64,000 bases of DNA, taken from positions 29,698,001 through 29,762,000 of the forward strand of contig NC_043010.1 in assembly GCF_006345805.1 (NCBI RefSeq), read 5' to 3'. The notes below the pieces were generated by a model. The model was not told the origin of the DNA, searched no databases, and saw only the letters and a program-made list of their open reading frames with translations. Source of the DNA: Octopus sinensis. Taxonomy: Eukaryota. Made by a program: the position numbers and the translations under genes. Shown here piece by piece: positions 37,850-50,234 of the stretch (position 1 is its first letter; each line of letters starts with the position of its first letter).

Positions 37850-38005
37850 GAAAAACAAAGAAAAAAACAACAACACAAGGACAAGGTACATGCAAAGTAT
37901 TAAAAAACAGAAAGGTTGTTTTAGATTTCAAGCAAAGCTCTTCTTCAGAAACAGGAGACAGAAGAAAGAGAAAAGAAGATGGAGGAAAAAATATCGCCAA
38001 CAATC
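37850..38005 (-). mobile_element. Penelope-like terminal repeat with hammerhead-like motif (37918-37952)
   Basis: GTTT-CTGAAGA-AGAGC-TTT-GCTT-GAAA-TCTA-AAAC on the minus strand; homologous to 14830-15030. Confidence 0.55.
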
Positions 38006-38029
38006 CACTTGTAGCTACATTTTGATTTT

Positions 38030-38392
38030 TTTATCTTTTTACATTTTTCAGTCAATATACTGCAGCCATGCTGGGGCACCACCTTCAGAAATTTAATCAA
38101 ACAAATTGACCCAGTGTCTTTTTCTTTCAAAGCCTGATACTAATTCTACTGGTCTCTTTTGTCCATCTGCTGAGTTATAGTGATGTAAACACACCAACAC
38201 CAGTTATCAAGTGGTGGTGGAGGGGACAAACACACACATATACACAACAGGCTTCTTTCAGTTTCCAACAACAAGATACACTTACAAGGATTTGGTCAAT
38301 CCAAAGCTATAATAGATGTGCCCAAGATACCACACAGTATGGCTGAATCTGGAACCATGTGGCTGAGAAGCAAACTGCCTACAACTCAGCCA
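38030..38392 (-). mobile_element. SINE family A, old
   Basis: Homologous to 29193-29610 with CpG decay. Confidence 0.8.
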
Positions 38393-38690
38393 CACACATA
38401 TAGATTGGGATAAAGTATCCAGGTAGATACCATTCGAGCACTCAGTAATGGCAAACCACATTGAGTGTTAAGGAACACTTAGGATTACTTAAGGTAAGCA
38501 CTCCCAATGTAATTTATCTGATGGGTAAATCCTGGGTCACTTCACTGGATTGAAACATAGCCATCTCACAATTGTGAGATGTCTATGCAACAGAAACATG
38601 CTTCAAACACATTTAAATCAAAAATGCTGTGTAATTGACTACAAAAAAAATGTAGATGTTTGAAAGCTGAATTCATTGTAATTGTCTTAA

Positions 38691-39023
38691 GGCGCATGGC
38701 TAAGTGGTTAGAGTGTCGAGCTTAGGATCGTGAGGTTGTGAGCTCAAATCCCGGACCGGGCTGCGTGTTGTGTTCTTGAGCAAGACACTTTATTTCACGT
38801 TGCTCCAGTTCACTCAGCTGTAGAAATGAATTGTGACGTCACAGGTGCCAAGCTGTATTGGCCTTTGCTTTTCCTTTGGATAACACTGGTGGCGTGGAGA
38901 GAGGAGGCCGGTATGCATGGGCGACTGCTGGTCTTCCATAAACAACCTTGCCCGGACTTGTGCCTGGGAGGGTAACTTTCTAGGTGCAATCCCATGGTCT
39001 GTGTCGTGGCTTAAGGGGGTCTC
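38691..39023 (+). mobile_element. tRNA-derived SINE family C, full length
   Basis: TGGCTAAGTGG A box, GAGCTCAAATCC B box, TTCTTGAGCAAGACACTTTATTTCACGTTGCTCCAGTTCACTCAGCTG central domain. Confidence 0.85.
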
Positions 39024-39051
39024 AGAAAATACACACACACACACACATGTA

Positions 39052-39400
39052 TGTAGCGGGATGTGTAGCAAAAGGTGTTGTTGATGCAGTAGATGAAGAT
39101 AAGCATGCTGAATGACATCAAAGTAAAACAACGAGGAAAGCATCAGAATGTAGTTTCAATAATTTATTTGCTCAACATTTGCATTTACGTGTTGGATACA
39201 CAAAGTTTGATTCACAACATCAATGAAGCTACCAACTGTTTCGAGTTGGCAACGTAAAAAGAAACAACAGGAGAAATAGCATGTCAATGTAATGAGGTAG
39301 TACAAGGCATGTTTTGTGTCTGTGTGCACGTTAGTTATTTGGTCGTGTCGTGTTGTCTTTCTGTCCGTATTCTGCTGGTCACTGCTTCCTCATGGCCTGC
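39052..39400 (-). mobile_element. LTR fragment (R/U5-like end CGCTACA)
   Basis: Minus strand has AATAAA about 115 nt before the ...CATCCCGCTACA end; resembles 40140-40323; inner boundary uncertain. Confidence 0.4.
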
Positions 39401-40139
39401 CATTTGGCTTTCTCTCTTGACTGCTTGCCTGTTGCTAGTTGTCTAACTGTATTTATAATGGTCTTCCTAGCTAGAACAGACATACCATAGGAGTAATTTT
39501 TACTTATGTAGGCCTTCTGCTGTCCAGTTCAACCTTCAGTGACATAACTCAGGTCAGAGGTTGAATGGAAATCCATCCATCACTTTTTGACAGAACAAAG
39601 AAATTTCTTTCATGCTTGTTTGGCCAGTGGTAGGTTGAGTGAGCAAGAATCCTTAGATTCAGTTTCAAATCTCAGCTTGGAAATTGAAATGTTAACTTTT
39701 TGGAGTATACATACATATACTCTTACTTAGCCCTTCCTGAGATTTGAAACCAAATACACCTGCTTGTGGCTTGTTAAAACAAGCAAGAAAATCCAGATGA
39801 TTGATGGGGAAACACTTGACCCCCAAGAACCTATGCTGATCAAGGAGAGGTCAGTCCTTTGGTTAGGGTTTGACCTACATTACTGACTATAGTCTATATA
39901 ACAGAGAGCATTTCCTATCTCTCTCCCTTTTGTATCAGCCAAACCAAGGAGCAACAGCCTCTTTTGCATCAGCCATAACCAAGAGCAGCACTTTCCCTTT
40001 GCCCTCACTTGACATACAAAAACAAGCTTTTGGCCATAAAAAAGACGATGCCACCTTTATCTTCTCTTCCTTTCTAGTCAGCACTGTGCATTCCTTACTG
40101 TTTCCCTCTCTGCTGGCAGACAGCAACTTCTACACTACC

Positions 40140-40401
40140 AACTAACAACCAGTGAGCAAACTTGTTGTCACTGCCACTACAATTACTGCTGTATCTCTAA
40201 CTACATGTTGGGCAAATGAATAAATATATGTAAATAATATTTCTTCCTTCTTGGTGTTGATTCTTCGATGTTTACTGGTTACTCCAATGCAAGAACCTTC
40301 AGGTGTTACATCTCCACGCTACATTTGGTAGTCAGCTGCATCATATCAACATGATATGGCATGTCACTTCAGCTCACTACAAATGGTGACCCCGACATGA
40401 T
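40140..40401 (+). mobile_element. LTR 3' end with tRNA-Trp primer-binding site
   Basis: AATAAA, then ...CACTACA|AA|TGGTGACCCCGACATGAT (40384-40401), 17/18 complementary to the tRNA-Trp 3' end ATCACGTCGGGGTCACCA (recalled from the vertebrate tRNA-Trp sequence). Confidence 0.7.
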
Positions 40402-40494
40402 TCTACATGTTCTGTATCCGTTACATTGCACATCATTTCGCTGCATCGCACGACATTGTGAAAACAAATAAAACAGCCTTCATCATATGCCTAT

Positions 40495-40496
<2 letters not shown>

Positions 40497-40546
<50 letters not shown>

Positions 40547-40637
40547 TATATATAATATATATATATATATATATTATATATATGTGCTACATATATATAT
40601 ATATATATATATATAGGCTATATATATATAATGTGCT

Positions 40638-40675
<38 letters not shown>

Positions 40676-40693
40676 TATATATATATATGTGCT

Positions 40694-40737
<44 letters not shown>

Positions 40738-40758
40738 TATATATATATATATATATGC

Positions 40759-40836
<78 letters not shown>

Positions 40837-40848
40837 ATATATATAATA

Positions 40849-40923
<75 letters not shown>

Positions 40924-40982
40924 TGTGGTGTGCTTACATATATTATATATATTAATATATATATATATATATATATGATATG

Positions 40983-41016
<34 letters not shown>

Positions 41017-41069
41017 AATAATATATATGTGCATATTTATATATGCTTACATATATACATACATACTAC

Positions 41070-41105
<36 letters not shown>
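40497..41105. repeat. ~600 bp (TA)n array punctuated by GTGCTTACAT units
   Basis: Direct reading. Confidence 0.95.
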
Positions 41106-41108
<3 letters not shown>

Positions 41109-43051
41109 GAGTTGAAATGTATTCCATTAGGAATGTATTAGAGTACAAAATAGAGATCTTAGAATTACCAAACAGCCAGCAGTATTACAGTATACTACTA
41201 ATTCTAGGCTTAGGCATTCCTTGTGTGTGAAAATAAAAAGGAAAGAAAAAATAGAGTCAAAAAGAAGAGGGAGTGTGATTTGACAGCTGTCTCATAACCA
41301 CTATACATGTTTCAATACAACATAGATCCACATATATACAGGATTTGAATTTAAATTAAGTCACAGTTTACCTGTATAATAGGACCTAGTTGTATCTTCT
41401 CAGATGATATATAATCACTGTCTCCGTAAGTAAATGTTTGATTTCAATGCTATCACATTCAACTGCTTCCTATATGGAGATTATACAAGTAAAACACATG
41501 GTGAAAAAATGTATATGAAGTCAAACAATTACAATCAAAGAATGTGTACAATAAAAATCAACACATCAACAAAAGAAATGGAAGAGGAGCTACCAGTTCA
41601 GAGTAATTCCTTTATCAAAGATGAGTAAAGGAATAAGAGACGTTGATGAAAAATAGAAATGATACCAAATTTATGATGTTTACATTGCAGCTTAGTGCAA
41701 AAAGGAAGTTGGAGTGTGGGATAGGAGGGGTGGCAGTGGAGACACAATCTGGTTTATAGTGAAAGTAATTAGGGAAGAAAGAGTGAGAGTGAGTGAGAAA
41801 GAGAGAGGAGAGAGTAAGTGGTATTTGTCGAAATATCTGTGATTTAGTTCAGGAGTTCCATCAATTTGAAAACCTTGAGATGAAAATCTCAGGCATTTAG
41901 GTACTTTATTTCAACTTGTAACTTATAAGCAGCTTTACTTGGATTTCATTCCATTTAATATTGCAGAGTAAGGAAAAGATTGCAATAATAAACATTCTAT
42001 ATTCTCTAACACATATATTACACACTTCTGGTAAAACTGTGTGGGCGTATAGCTAGTTGTGGGAGCTGTCCTAAAAATATCATTGTCAATGCCATCTTAT
42101 AAGTGTATAAGTTCTTTGAATGTAATTCTATTTGATTCATATAGCACAACTGACTAAATTTCAACATGCGCATCAAAAACATACAGGTGAAGGACATGTA
42201 ATGTTTTGGCACAGCCATTTTGGTACTGCTTGTTTGGCATCGCTTATTCGACACTGATTTTATTTGACATCAGATGTTTTAATGTTTCTCTCATTCTCTG
42301 TTTATTTGTCTGAGCATATTTCTCTTTAAATGTATGAGGAGAGGGAAAGTGTTTATGTTAATAATGTTCAATTAATAAATTATAATTTCTCTTTCTCACT
42401 CTTTTTATTTGTATGCGTATATTTCTGCTCATGTATGTAGTGTATGAGTGTTTGCCTCTATTACCAAAACGTCGTCACCAAAACAGGTTGTATGTCCAGT
42501 CAGCTGTGCTAAATCAGCAGTGTCCAAACAGCTGTACCCAATTACCAAATTCTGTCTGGTGAAAAAGAACTTGATAGCAATAAAGATGGTTAAAAAAATT
42601 ATTTGCAATCATCAATTGCAAAGCATAATATATTCCATATCCATATGTGATATAGTTTGGGGAAATGAAGTGATCCTCACCATCTTATGGTACATCAAAG
42701 TAGTATACATCTTCATAAACAAAAAGCAAAGGATACTGTAAGACATCATATGAACAATGAGATTCATGGAAGAATTTTATACTGCTGTTACAACACTTCC
42801 AAAACAATATCTCAGATACCCTGATCATTTGCAACAATAATAACTGTTACTGTAATACACTAAGAAACCTTAAATCAATGGAAGTGCTATCTGATCTTTT
42901 TTCGGTGTTGACGGAACTTGAAAATCCAGAGTTGAAAGTACATTTTAAAGCACACCAAAAGCATCTGACAAAAATTCTTTATATGAAGCACTTGAAATAT
43001 CTTCAAAGACTGTGCATGTGCAGCTCTTGTTGAAACACTGTACTTCTTTTT

Positions 43052-43090
<39 letters not shown>

Positions 43091-43184
43091 GCATATATTT
43101 ATGTTTGTTTTTATGTTCAGTTATAATAAACACAAATTTACATTAATCTGATGGGTTACTCTATACTTTTGTAGAGACCAAATT

Positions 43185-43352
43185 TATTACTCTTAAACAA
43201 GAATGTTGATGACAGTGACTTCAAAGTTTTGACCAGCTCACCGAAAGGCTACATAAAAGCAAGACGAACTCTAATGCATCACAAACTGACAATGGCTTAG
43301 CTGGCTGAAACTTTGAAGTCACTGTCAACAAAATTCTTGTTTAAGAATAATA
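43185..43352. mobile_element. MITE/fold-back with ~54 bp inverted arms, TA-flanked
   Basis: 43185-43238 versus reverse complement of 43299-43352, about 6 mismatches. Confidence 0.8.
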
Positions 43353-43564
43353 TACGTGAGTGTGTATATATATATGTGTGTGTGTGTGTGTAAAAACTGT
43401 GGCCCTTTATTTTGTAAAGGTTGGAGAGAATACCAATATTTTGCGATAAATTTGTCCTCGTGCTTTAAAAATTATCGTAAACTCAATGTCTCCGAAAATT
43501 TTTGCCCCAAATGATGCCATTTGCAAAGTACAATTGTATGCTTGAAGATTTTGATTCTTAAGGA

Positions 43565-43778
43565 AGGCAGTGGGCTGGCAGAATTGTTAGCACGCTGGGC
43601 AAAAATGTTTTGTGGCATTTTGTCTGTCTTTTCATTTTGAGTTCAAATTCCGCTGAGGTTGACTTTGCCTTTCATTCTTTGGGGTCAATAAAATAAAGTA
43701 CCAGTTGAGTACTTGGGTCAATATAATCAACTTATTCCCTCCCTCAAAATTGCTGGCCTTGCACCAAAATTTGAAATT
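43565..43778 (+). mobile_element. SINE family B
   Basis: GAGTTCAAATTCCGCTGAGGTTGACTTTGCCTTTCAT. Confidence 0.85.
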
Positions 43779-44031
43779 AATATTTTGATTCTTAAGTGGT
43801 ATGCAAAAATTTTGTTCATATAAATTCCAAGTTCTGGTAACTCAATCAGAAGCAAATGAACAATGTATGCCCAATGATTCCTTGTCACATTTTATACAGA
43901 AAGTCCAAGGCTAGGATTTTCTCAGATGCATAACCAAGATTAGGATCAGACTGTTGTGCGAATGTTGCTTCTACTGCTGCTGCTTTAACAATCTTTATTC
44001 AATCAATATATTCAGTAAAAATGGCAATGGA

Positions 44032-44286
44032 ACAGCCTGCTTGTGAAATTAATGTGCAAGTGGCTGAGCACTCCACAGACATGTGTATCCTTAATGTAAT
44101 TTTCAGGGAGATTCAGTGTGACAAGGCTGGCCCTTTGAAAACAGGTACTACTCATTTTTGCTAGCTAAGTGAACTGGAACAACAGGAAATAAAGTGTCTT
44201 GCTCAAGGACACAATGTACCACTGGGAATTGAACTCACAACCTTACAATTATGAGCTGAATATCCTAACCACTTAGCCACATGCCT
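44032..44286 (-). mobile_element. tRNA-derived SINE family D
   Basis: Head related to family C; homologous to 63484-63803. Confidence 0.75.
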
Positions 44287-44409
44287 TTACCAGTCAATAT
44301 ATACTGAAAGTATAACAAGGTAGTCAGTACATGGTCACTCAACATGTTAGAAATAGCAGCCAAATTTTTCTCAGCTTGTCTTAGAGAATGACATACAATA
44401 CATTAGACA

Positions 44410-44930
44410 CTAAACTCTGCTTGTGAAGACCTGTTGGGGCAAGTGAAATCGGAATCGAAATTGAACCAATCCTATGACTGGCACCCGACAGTTGCCAGTG
44501 CTGCTGGACTGACTCCCATGCAGGTGGCAAGTAAAGAAACACCGTTTCGATCCTGTGCTTGAGGAGACCTATTGAGTCAAGTACATCAACATCAAAAATC
44601 AATGGAAATTGTATTTGTGATCCCTGTGCCGGTGACACATAAAAAGCACCATCTGAACATGGCCGAAGCCAGCGCTGCCTTGACTGGCATCCGTGCCGGT
44701 GGCACGTAAAATGCACCAATCCGATCGTGGCTGTTGCCGGCCTCGCCTGGCACATAAAAAGCACCCACTACACTCACGGAGTGGTGGGCGTTAGGAAGGG
44801 CATCCAGCTGTAGAAACACTGCCAGATCAGACTGGGGCCTGGTGCAGCCCCCTGGCTTCCCAGATCCCAGTCGAACTGTCCAACCCATGCTAGCATGGAA
44901 AACGGATGTTAAACGATGATAATGATGATG
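44410..44930 (+). mobile_element. RTE 3' UTR and tail fragment
   Basis: Homologous to 35500-35853 and 35856-36400. Confidence 0.85.
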
Positions 44931-45774
44931 AATACATCTCTCAAATAACATGGGAAGGTTGCATAGGTGTTTGATCAGGGACAACATGGCACTAAACAAC
45001 AATCCTGCTGCTGCAACTTCTCCACCTACAACTACTAGTACCACCACCAGTGCTATTACTATTACTACAACATTCAGTACAATTGAAAAACAAGTACAAA
45101 ACACAAACGTTATAAACAATCCTTTTTTTTTTATTCAAGGAAAATAATAATAATAATAATAATAATGATAATAATAATAATAATTATAAAAAAGATGAAA
45201 ATAATTCAACAATTCTGAGTTTATAGTTTTAACAATGAGAAATATTAAACTTCCATTTATATATGTTGCATTGTGTAAGTTTGTTTCGAGGTGTTTTAGC
45301 CACTGAGACTAAGGCCATGCTGGATTACTACTGTCATATATATTTGTGTGTGTGTGTGTGTGTGTGTGTGTATACACACCTCAAAAGTAAATAGACATCC
45401 CTCATCATACCATGTGGACTTTAGCTAGTGCCTCTACTAAATACTAGACTAAGTGTTTAAATGCATAACTGATATTTTGTTTCTAGAAATAAATCTTTCA
45501 AAAATGATGGTGTCTATTTACTTTTGAAACATGTGTGTATGAGAATGAATGTATGTTATATATATATATATATATCTTATACTTTTAGAAGAGGGGTGAG
45601 AGTGACTTTAAAGTTTTAGCCTGCTAGTCTTTGTCAGACTGTCTTGTAAAAATATGATGTGTATGTAAAAGTATTAATTCTTTAATTTAATGTTCTATAT
45701 ATATATACACACACATACATATGTATATGTACATATATATCATATATATATGTCATACATGTAATATATGTATG

Positions 45775-45819
<45 letters not shown>

Positions 45820-46526
45820 CACATACACAAATATGCATATTCCAAAGAATTATTATCAAAATTTACTTCTTTTCATTTAACTTTTTGAATCTTTTTTTTT
45901 TTTTTTTTTACTGTACCTCTGCTCCATAATAAGGATAAAAAAGGCAAATAAAAAATATTGAAAATAATATTGATATGATATTAATAATAATAATAATAAA
46001 TGGAAAGGGAAAAAAATAAATATCTACAAGAATATATGTTCATAAATATTTTGATTGCTCGGTGCGTATTTAGAATTTGGTTGGAACCATAAGAAGAATG
46101 TGGTGCCATTTCTCTACACAATGGCAGTATTACTAAATATTTTAATGCAGGACTATATAAATATACACTTCTATTTTAATGAGGGAGGCAGAACCATTCC
46201 ATAGATAGGGCAACAAAAAAGGAACAGGGTGAGGACATTTCATGATTTCATAGATATATGGAACACATAATTCCTCACAGAAATTTGACTGAGATTGAAC
46301 TCATTTATGATACAGGTAACATATAAAGATTTATATCTACATACATAATTATATGTAAGTGTGTATACACCCATATAACATATTTACAAATGTGTATATA
46401 TATAGATAGATAGATAGATACATACATACATACACATACACACTTAAGTGCCAGTGGATGAAACTCTTAGCCTATAAAATTATATACTCATGTTTCAAGA
46501 TCTATTTTCCTGTTTGCATCATCAAA

Positions 46527-46556
<30 letters not shown>

Positions 46557-46560
<4 letters not shown>

Positions 46561-46782
46561 ACGCCATATGTAATCAAACAAGTTTGTTTTCGACGAGTTG
46601 AAATGTATTGTAGAACATGTAGAAAGATAAATTTTATTCAACACATAGATACTGAACAGTATATATATAAAGGATAAAATTCATTTTTCTGCTTTTAAAG
46701 GAAAAAGGATTTTATCCTTTATATATATATATATACTGTTCAGTATCTATGCATTGAATAAAATTTATCTTTCTACATGTTC

Positions 46783-46784
<2 letters not shown>
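46557..46784. repeat. Fold-back element: 70/76 bp near-perfect inverted arms, 28 nt spacer
   Basis: 46611-46680 versus reverse complement of 46709-46784; differ only at one CpG site and in (TA)n length. Confidence 0.9.
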
Positions 46785-46821
<37 letters not shown>

Positions 46822-47469
46822 ACATATGTACAGAAAAGTAAATGGACCCTCCATTGATTTTAGTGATGAGTAATTTAGTCATTTTATAAACTAAACTATC
46901 TCCCCAATTTTATTGTAGTGTTAAATAGAGTATTCCACAAATACATCCTCTTACTACATTCCAGGTAGAACATGACAGTGCGGGTGATAAGATTAACTCT
47001 TTGAATTACAGGAACATCTACCCAGCAGACATCCTCACAAATTCTATAAACCCAAGTTCTATTCACAGGGTTTGGTCAACTCGAAACTAAGGCAACAGTC
47101 ACTTGCCAAAGTATGCTGTATAACTAGATCAATGCCAGGATTTCATGTTTGCAAACCAAAATTCTTAACTATTCAGCCAAGACTACATATTTCAAACTAA
47201 TATTCACTTTTCCATGCTTGCATGGGTCAGACAAAATTTGATGAAGGAGATTTTCTATGACTAGAAGTCATTCCTCTGATCTGTTTCCAAACAAGGTAAT
47301 ATTTCCCTATGACTAGATATGCTCTTCAAAGGAGACAGGAAACAAATATTGCTTGTATGATGATGGTATGACACAATCATCACATAATATTAAGACAAAG
47401 CTACACACAAATACATGTATACTCACATACATACATAAATATATACATGTGTGTGTGTGTATCCCTCAT

Positions 47470-47995
47470 CTTTTACTTGTTTCAGTAACTGGACTGTGGC
47501 CATGCTGGGGCACCACCTTGTAGAATCTTTAGTCAAATGAATCAACCTCTGTATTTATTTTTTTTAAAGCCTGGTACTTATTCTATTGTTCTGTTGCAAA
47601 ACTGCTGAGTCATAGGGACCTAAACACACCAACACTGGTTGCCAAGCAGTGATGAAGAACAGACACAGACATAAAAATATGCATACATACATAAAGAAGC
47701 TACTTTACAGTTTCTGTCTATTAACTCCACTCACAAGGCTTTGATCGGCCTGAGGTTACAGTAGAAGACACTTGCCCAAGGTACCATAAAGTGGGACAAA
47801 ATCTGGCTGAACCATCTGGTTGGGAAATAAACTTCTTACTACACAGTCCACTCGTCCACACATATATGATGGACTTCTTTTAGTTTCCATCTACCAAATC
47901 CATTCATGGGCTAAAGTAGAAGACACTTACCCAAGGTGTCGTACAGTGGGACTGAACCCATGACCACATGGTGGGGAAGCAGGATTCTAAGCCAC
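47470..47995 (-). mobile_element. SINE family A plus a second head fragment
   Basis: GAAGACACTTGCCCAAGG at about 47765 and again at about 47920. Confidence 0.8.
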
Positions 47996-48294
47996 ATTTA
48001 ACTCATTTTTAACACAATGTACAGGAAACAGAAATTAAGCTTCTACTGACAAATTGCCTTAATTCACTGCAAGGGATGTACATCTACCTTGGCTTCATTA
48101 TCCCATGGGATAGAAATCTGAGGAAAAGTGATCAAAAGACTAATTTCAGCATGCCACTGCTGATTGTAGGCAGGGAACTAAAAGTTGATATGTTAACCAT
48201 TTAAATATACAAAGGCTGACCTGTTGTTCTTATTCTAGATGGTATATCGCCATGATTATGGATACAAAATGGAAACCCTTTACCCTGAGGAAGA

Positions 48295-48389
48295 GAACTT
48301 TGCCAGATCAGATTGGAGCCTAGTGCAGCCTTCTGGCTTGCCAGCTCTCAGTCAAACCGTCCAACCCATGCCAGCATAGAAAATGGACG

Positions 48390-48392
<3 letters not shown>
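48295..48392 (+). mobile_element. RTE tail fragment
   Basis: CAGATCAGATTGGAGCC...CCGTCCAACCCATGCCAGCATAGAAAATGGACGTTA. Confidence 0.8.
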
Positions 48393-48425
<33 letters not shown>

Positions 48426-49187
48426 GTGTGTGTGTGCCATTGTGAATCACTGAACTTTTGAATACCCAAATTAAAACTGTTACTCTTCAAATGTACTGAG
48501 TTCTTTGAAGTAGTTGTCCACACTGGGCTCATATATATTTATTTATATTATACATATATAGTTATTGTGTGTGTGTGTGTTTGCAAAATTGTCACAACCA
48601 TAATATTCCACTTTCTGTTCAGTGCCAGATTAACCACAGAGCACCAATGCAAGTCACTTTTGAAAAAAAATATTTTAATCTTAAATAAAAAAAACTATGA
48701 AATGATAAAGTGACATTTAATTGCTGAAATTTCATGAAACACAGGAACACTGGCAGTTAAAATTGGTTCTCTCCACCAGTGAACATATACATACATACTT
48801 ATATATTCTTGATTGTACATTGCCAACACAATGATATATATATATATGTGTGTATTTGCTATCAGCAACAGAAGCAGACTTAGTAATGAATATTAATTAG
48901 CACATCCAACCTAACCTGAATGAGTTGTTAAAACACTTTAGATTGCAATAAACACTAAAATCGCATAATACAGTAGTGTCGACCATCAGTGCTGACTAAA
49001 TTCAGTCAAGTGATAGAAATTTGATGCTTTTTAGCATTTGTTATTTACATAAAACGATTCTTTGGAATGTTTACTGTAGTCTACAGTGTTATAAACAACA
49101 CATCCTGGCAAGTGAGATGTGCTAATGTGTATGTATATATATATATATATATATACACATTTGGAAGGTTGTTTGTTATGACCACTG

Positions 49188-49281
49188 GTTTCACACCTAT
49201 AAAACACTTAACTGTATAGGTGTCTATACATTTGAGTGTGACTTGTTGCCTATACAGTTAAGCACTTTATAGGTTCAAAAC
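49188..49281. repeat. 94-nt hairpin (33 bp imperfect arms)
   Basis: CCTATAAAACACTTAACTGTATAGG versus CCTATACAGTTAAGCACTTTATAGG. Confidence 0.8.
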
Positions 49282-49619
49282 TAATGGCCACTCTCTGACC
49301 AGCCTTCTAAATATATTACTGCACTAATGTTATAGAGTGTGCTTCTTTTTCAGATATATGAACTACTGACGAGATATATATACATACACACATATGTATG
49401 CATATTTATGTTTATGTTTTTGTGCAAAAATGCCAAGTGTTCAAGGCACATCTGTTTCAGAAGAATGTAGAGTCAGATATAATTGAGTGTTGCTCATATC
49501 TAAGGGTTTCATGTAGCTCACTCACATTAGCCAACCATGCTCACTGATGAGTCTGAAACCAATGACGGACATTGATGTTAGTCAACAGAATCAAGCCTTC
49601 AAGTGTGAGGAAATAATAT

Positions 49620-50160
49620 AGTTTTTGCCAGTAGGGGGAGAGGTGATTGGAGCTCATTAGCCTGAAAAGGCAACTAATCTAGAAGAAAAACTCAAACCTC
49701 AGCTGCTTTGCTTTGGGAGTAAACTCTGAAAAAAAAACTGGGAGTCAGAGCCCCCAAAGCAGTGCAACATTGTCTACAACCTTGTTCTGGCAACATTGGA
49801 GACAATACTGATGTCAGATTTTAATGGCCAAACTGTTCCTTTGGATCCATCAGTGACATGGAGTGGGGGCACATACTGCATGGGCAACAGCCTGTTCTCC
49901 ATACCATACCACCCAGGTTTGGACCCTACTGAACCCCTTATGCTGGAGAAATAAAACCTGATAATACACTGGAGAGGACGTACCAGCCTCACCTACAGCA
50001 TCAACACAATATGGGGAGCAAAAATTTCCACTTATAAGTCATTGCTAGAACTCAAACAGTACGGTGGTTTGTATGGCAAAGACTGCCACTCATGTGTTTG
50101 AACTTTCTGATCACAGCGCTGTTCCAGTAAGGCAAACAACTAGGACCTTCATCTCTGACC
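49620..50160 (+). mobile_element. Possible RTE-type 5' UTR remnant
   Basis: GGAGCTCATTAGCCTG...GCATGGGCAACAGCCTGTTCTCCAT resembles RTE leader sequences from memory; no ORF support. Confidence 0.3.
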
Positions 50161-50179
50161 TTTACTAACAGACAAAGGC

Positions 50180-50234
<55 letters not shown>

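Noticed and set aside
49544-49580. CTGATGA-GTC...GAC-GGAC hammerhead-like motif
   Set aside because: GAAA core is broken, there is no helix I, and such a partial match is plausible by chance in 64 kb.
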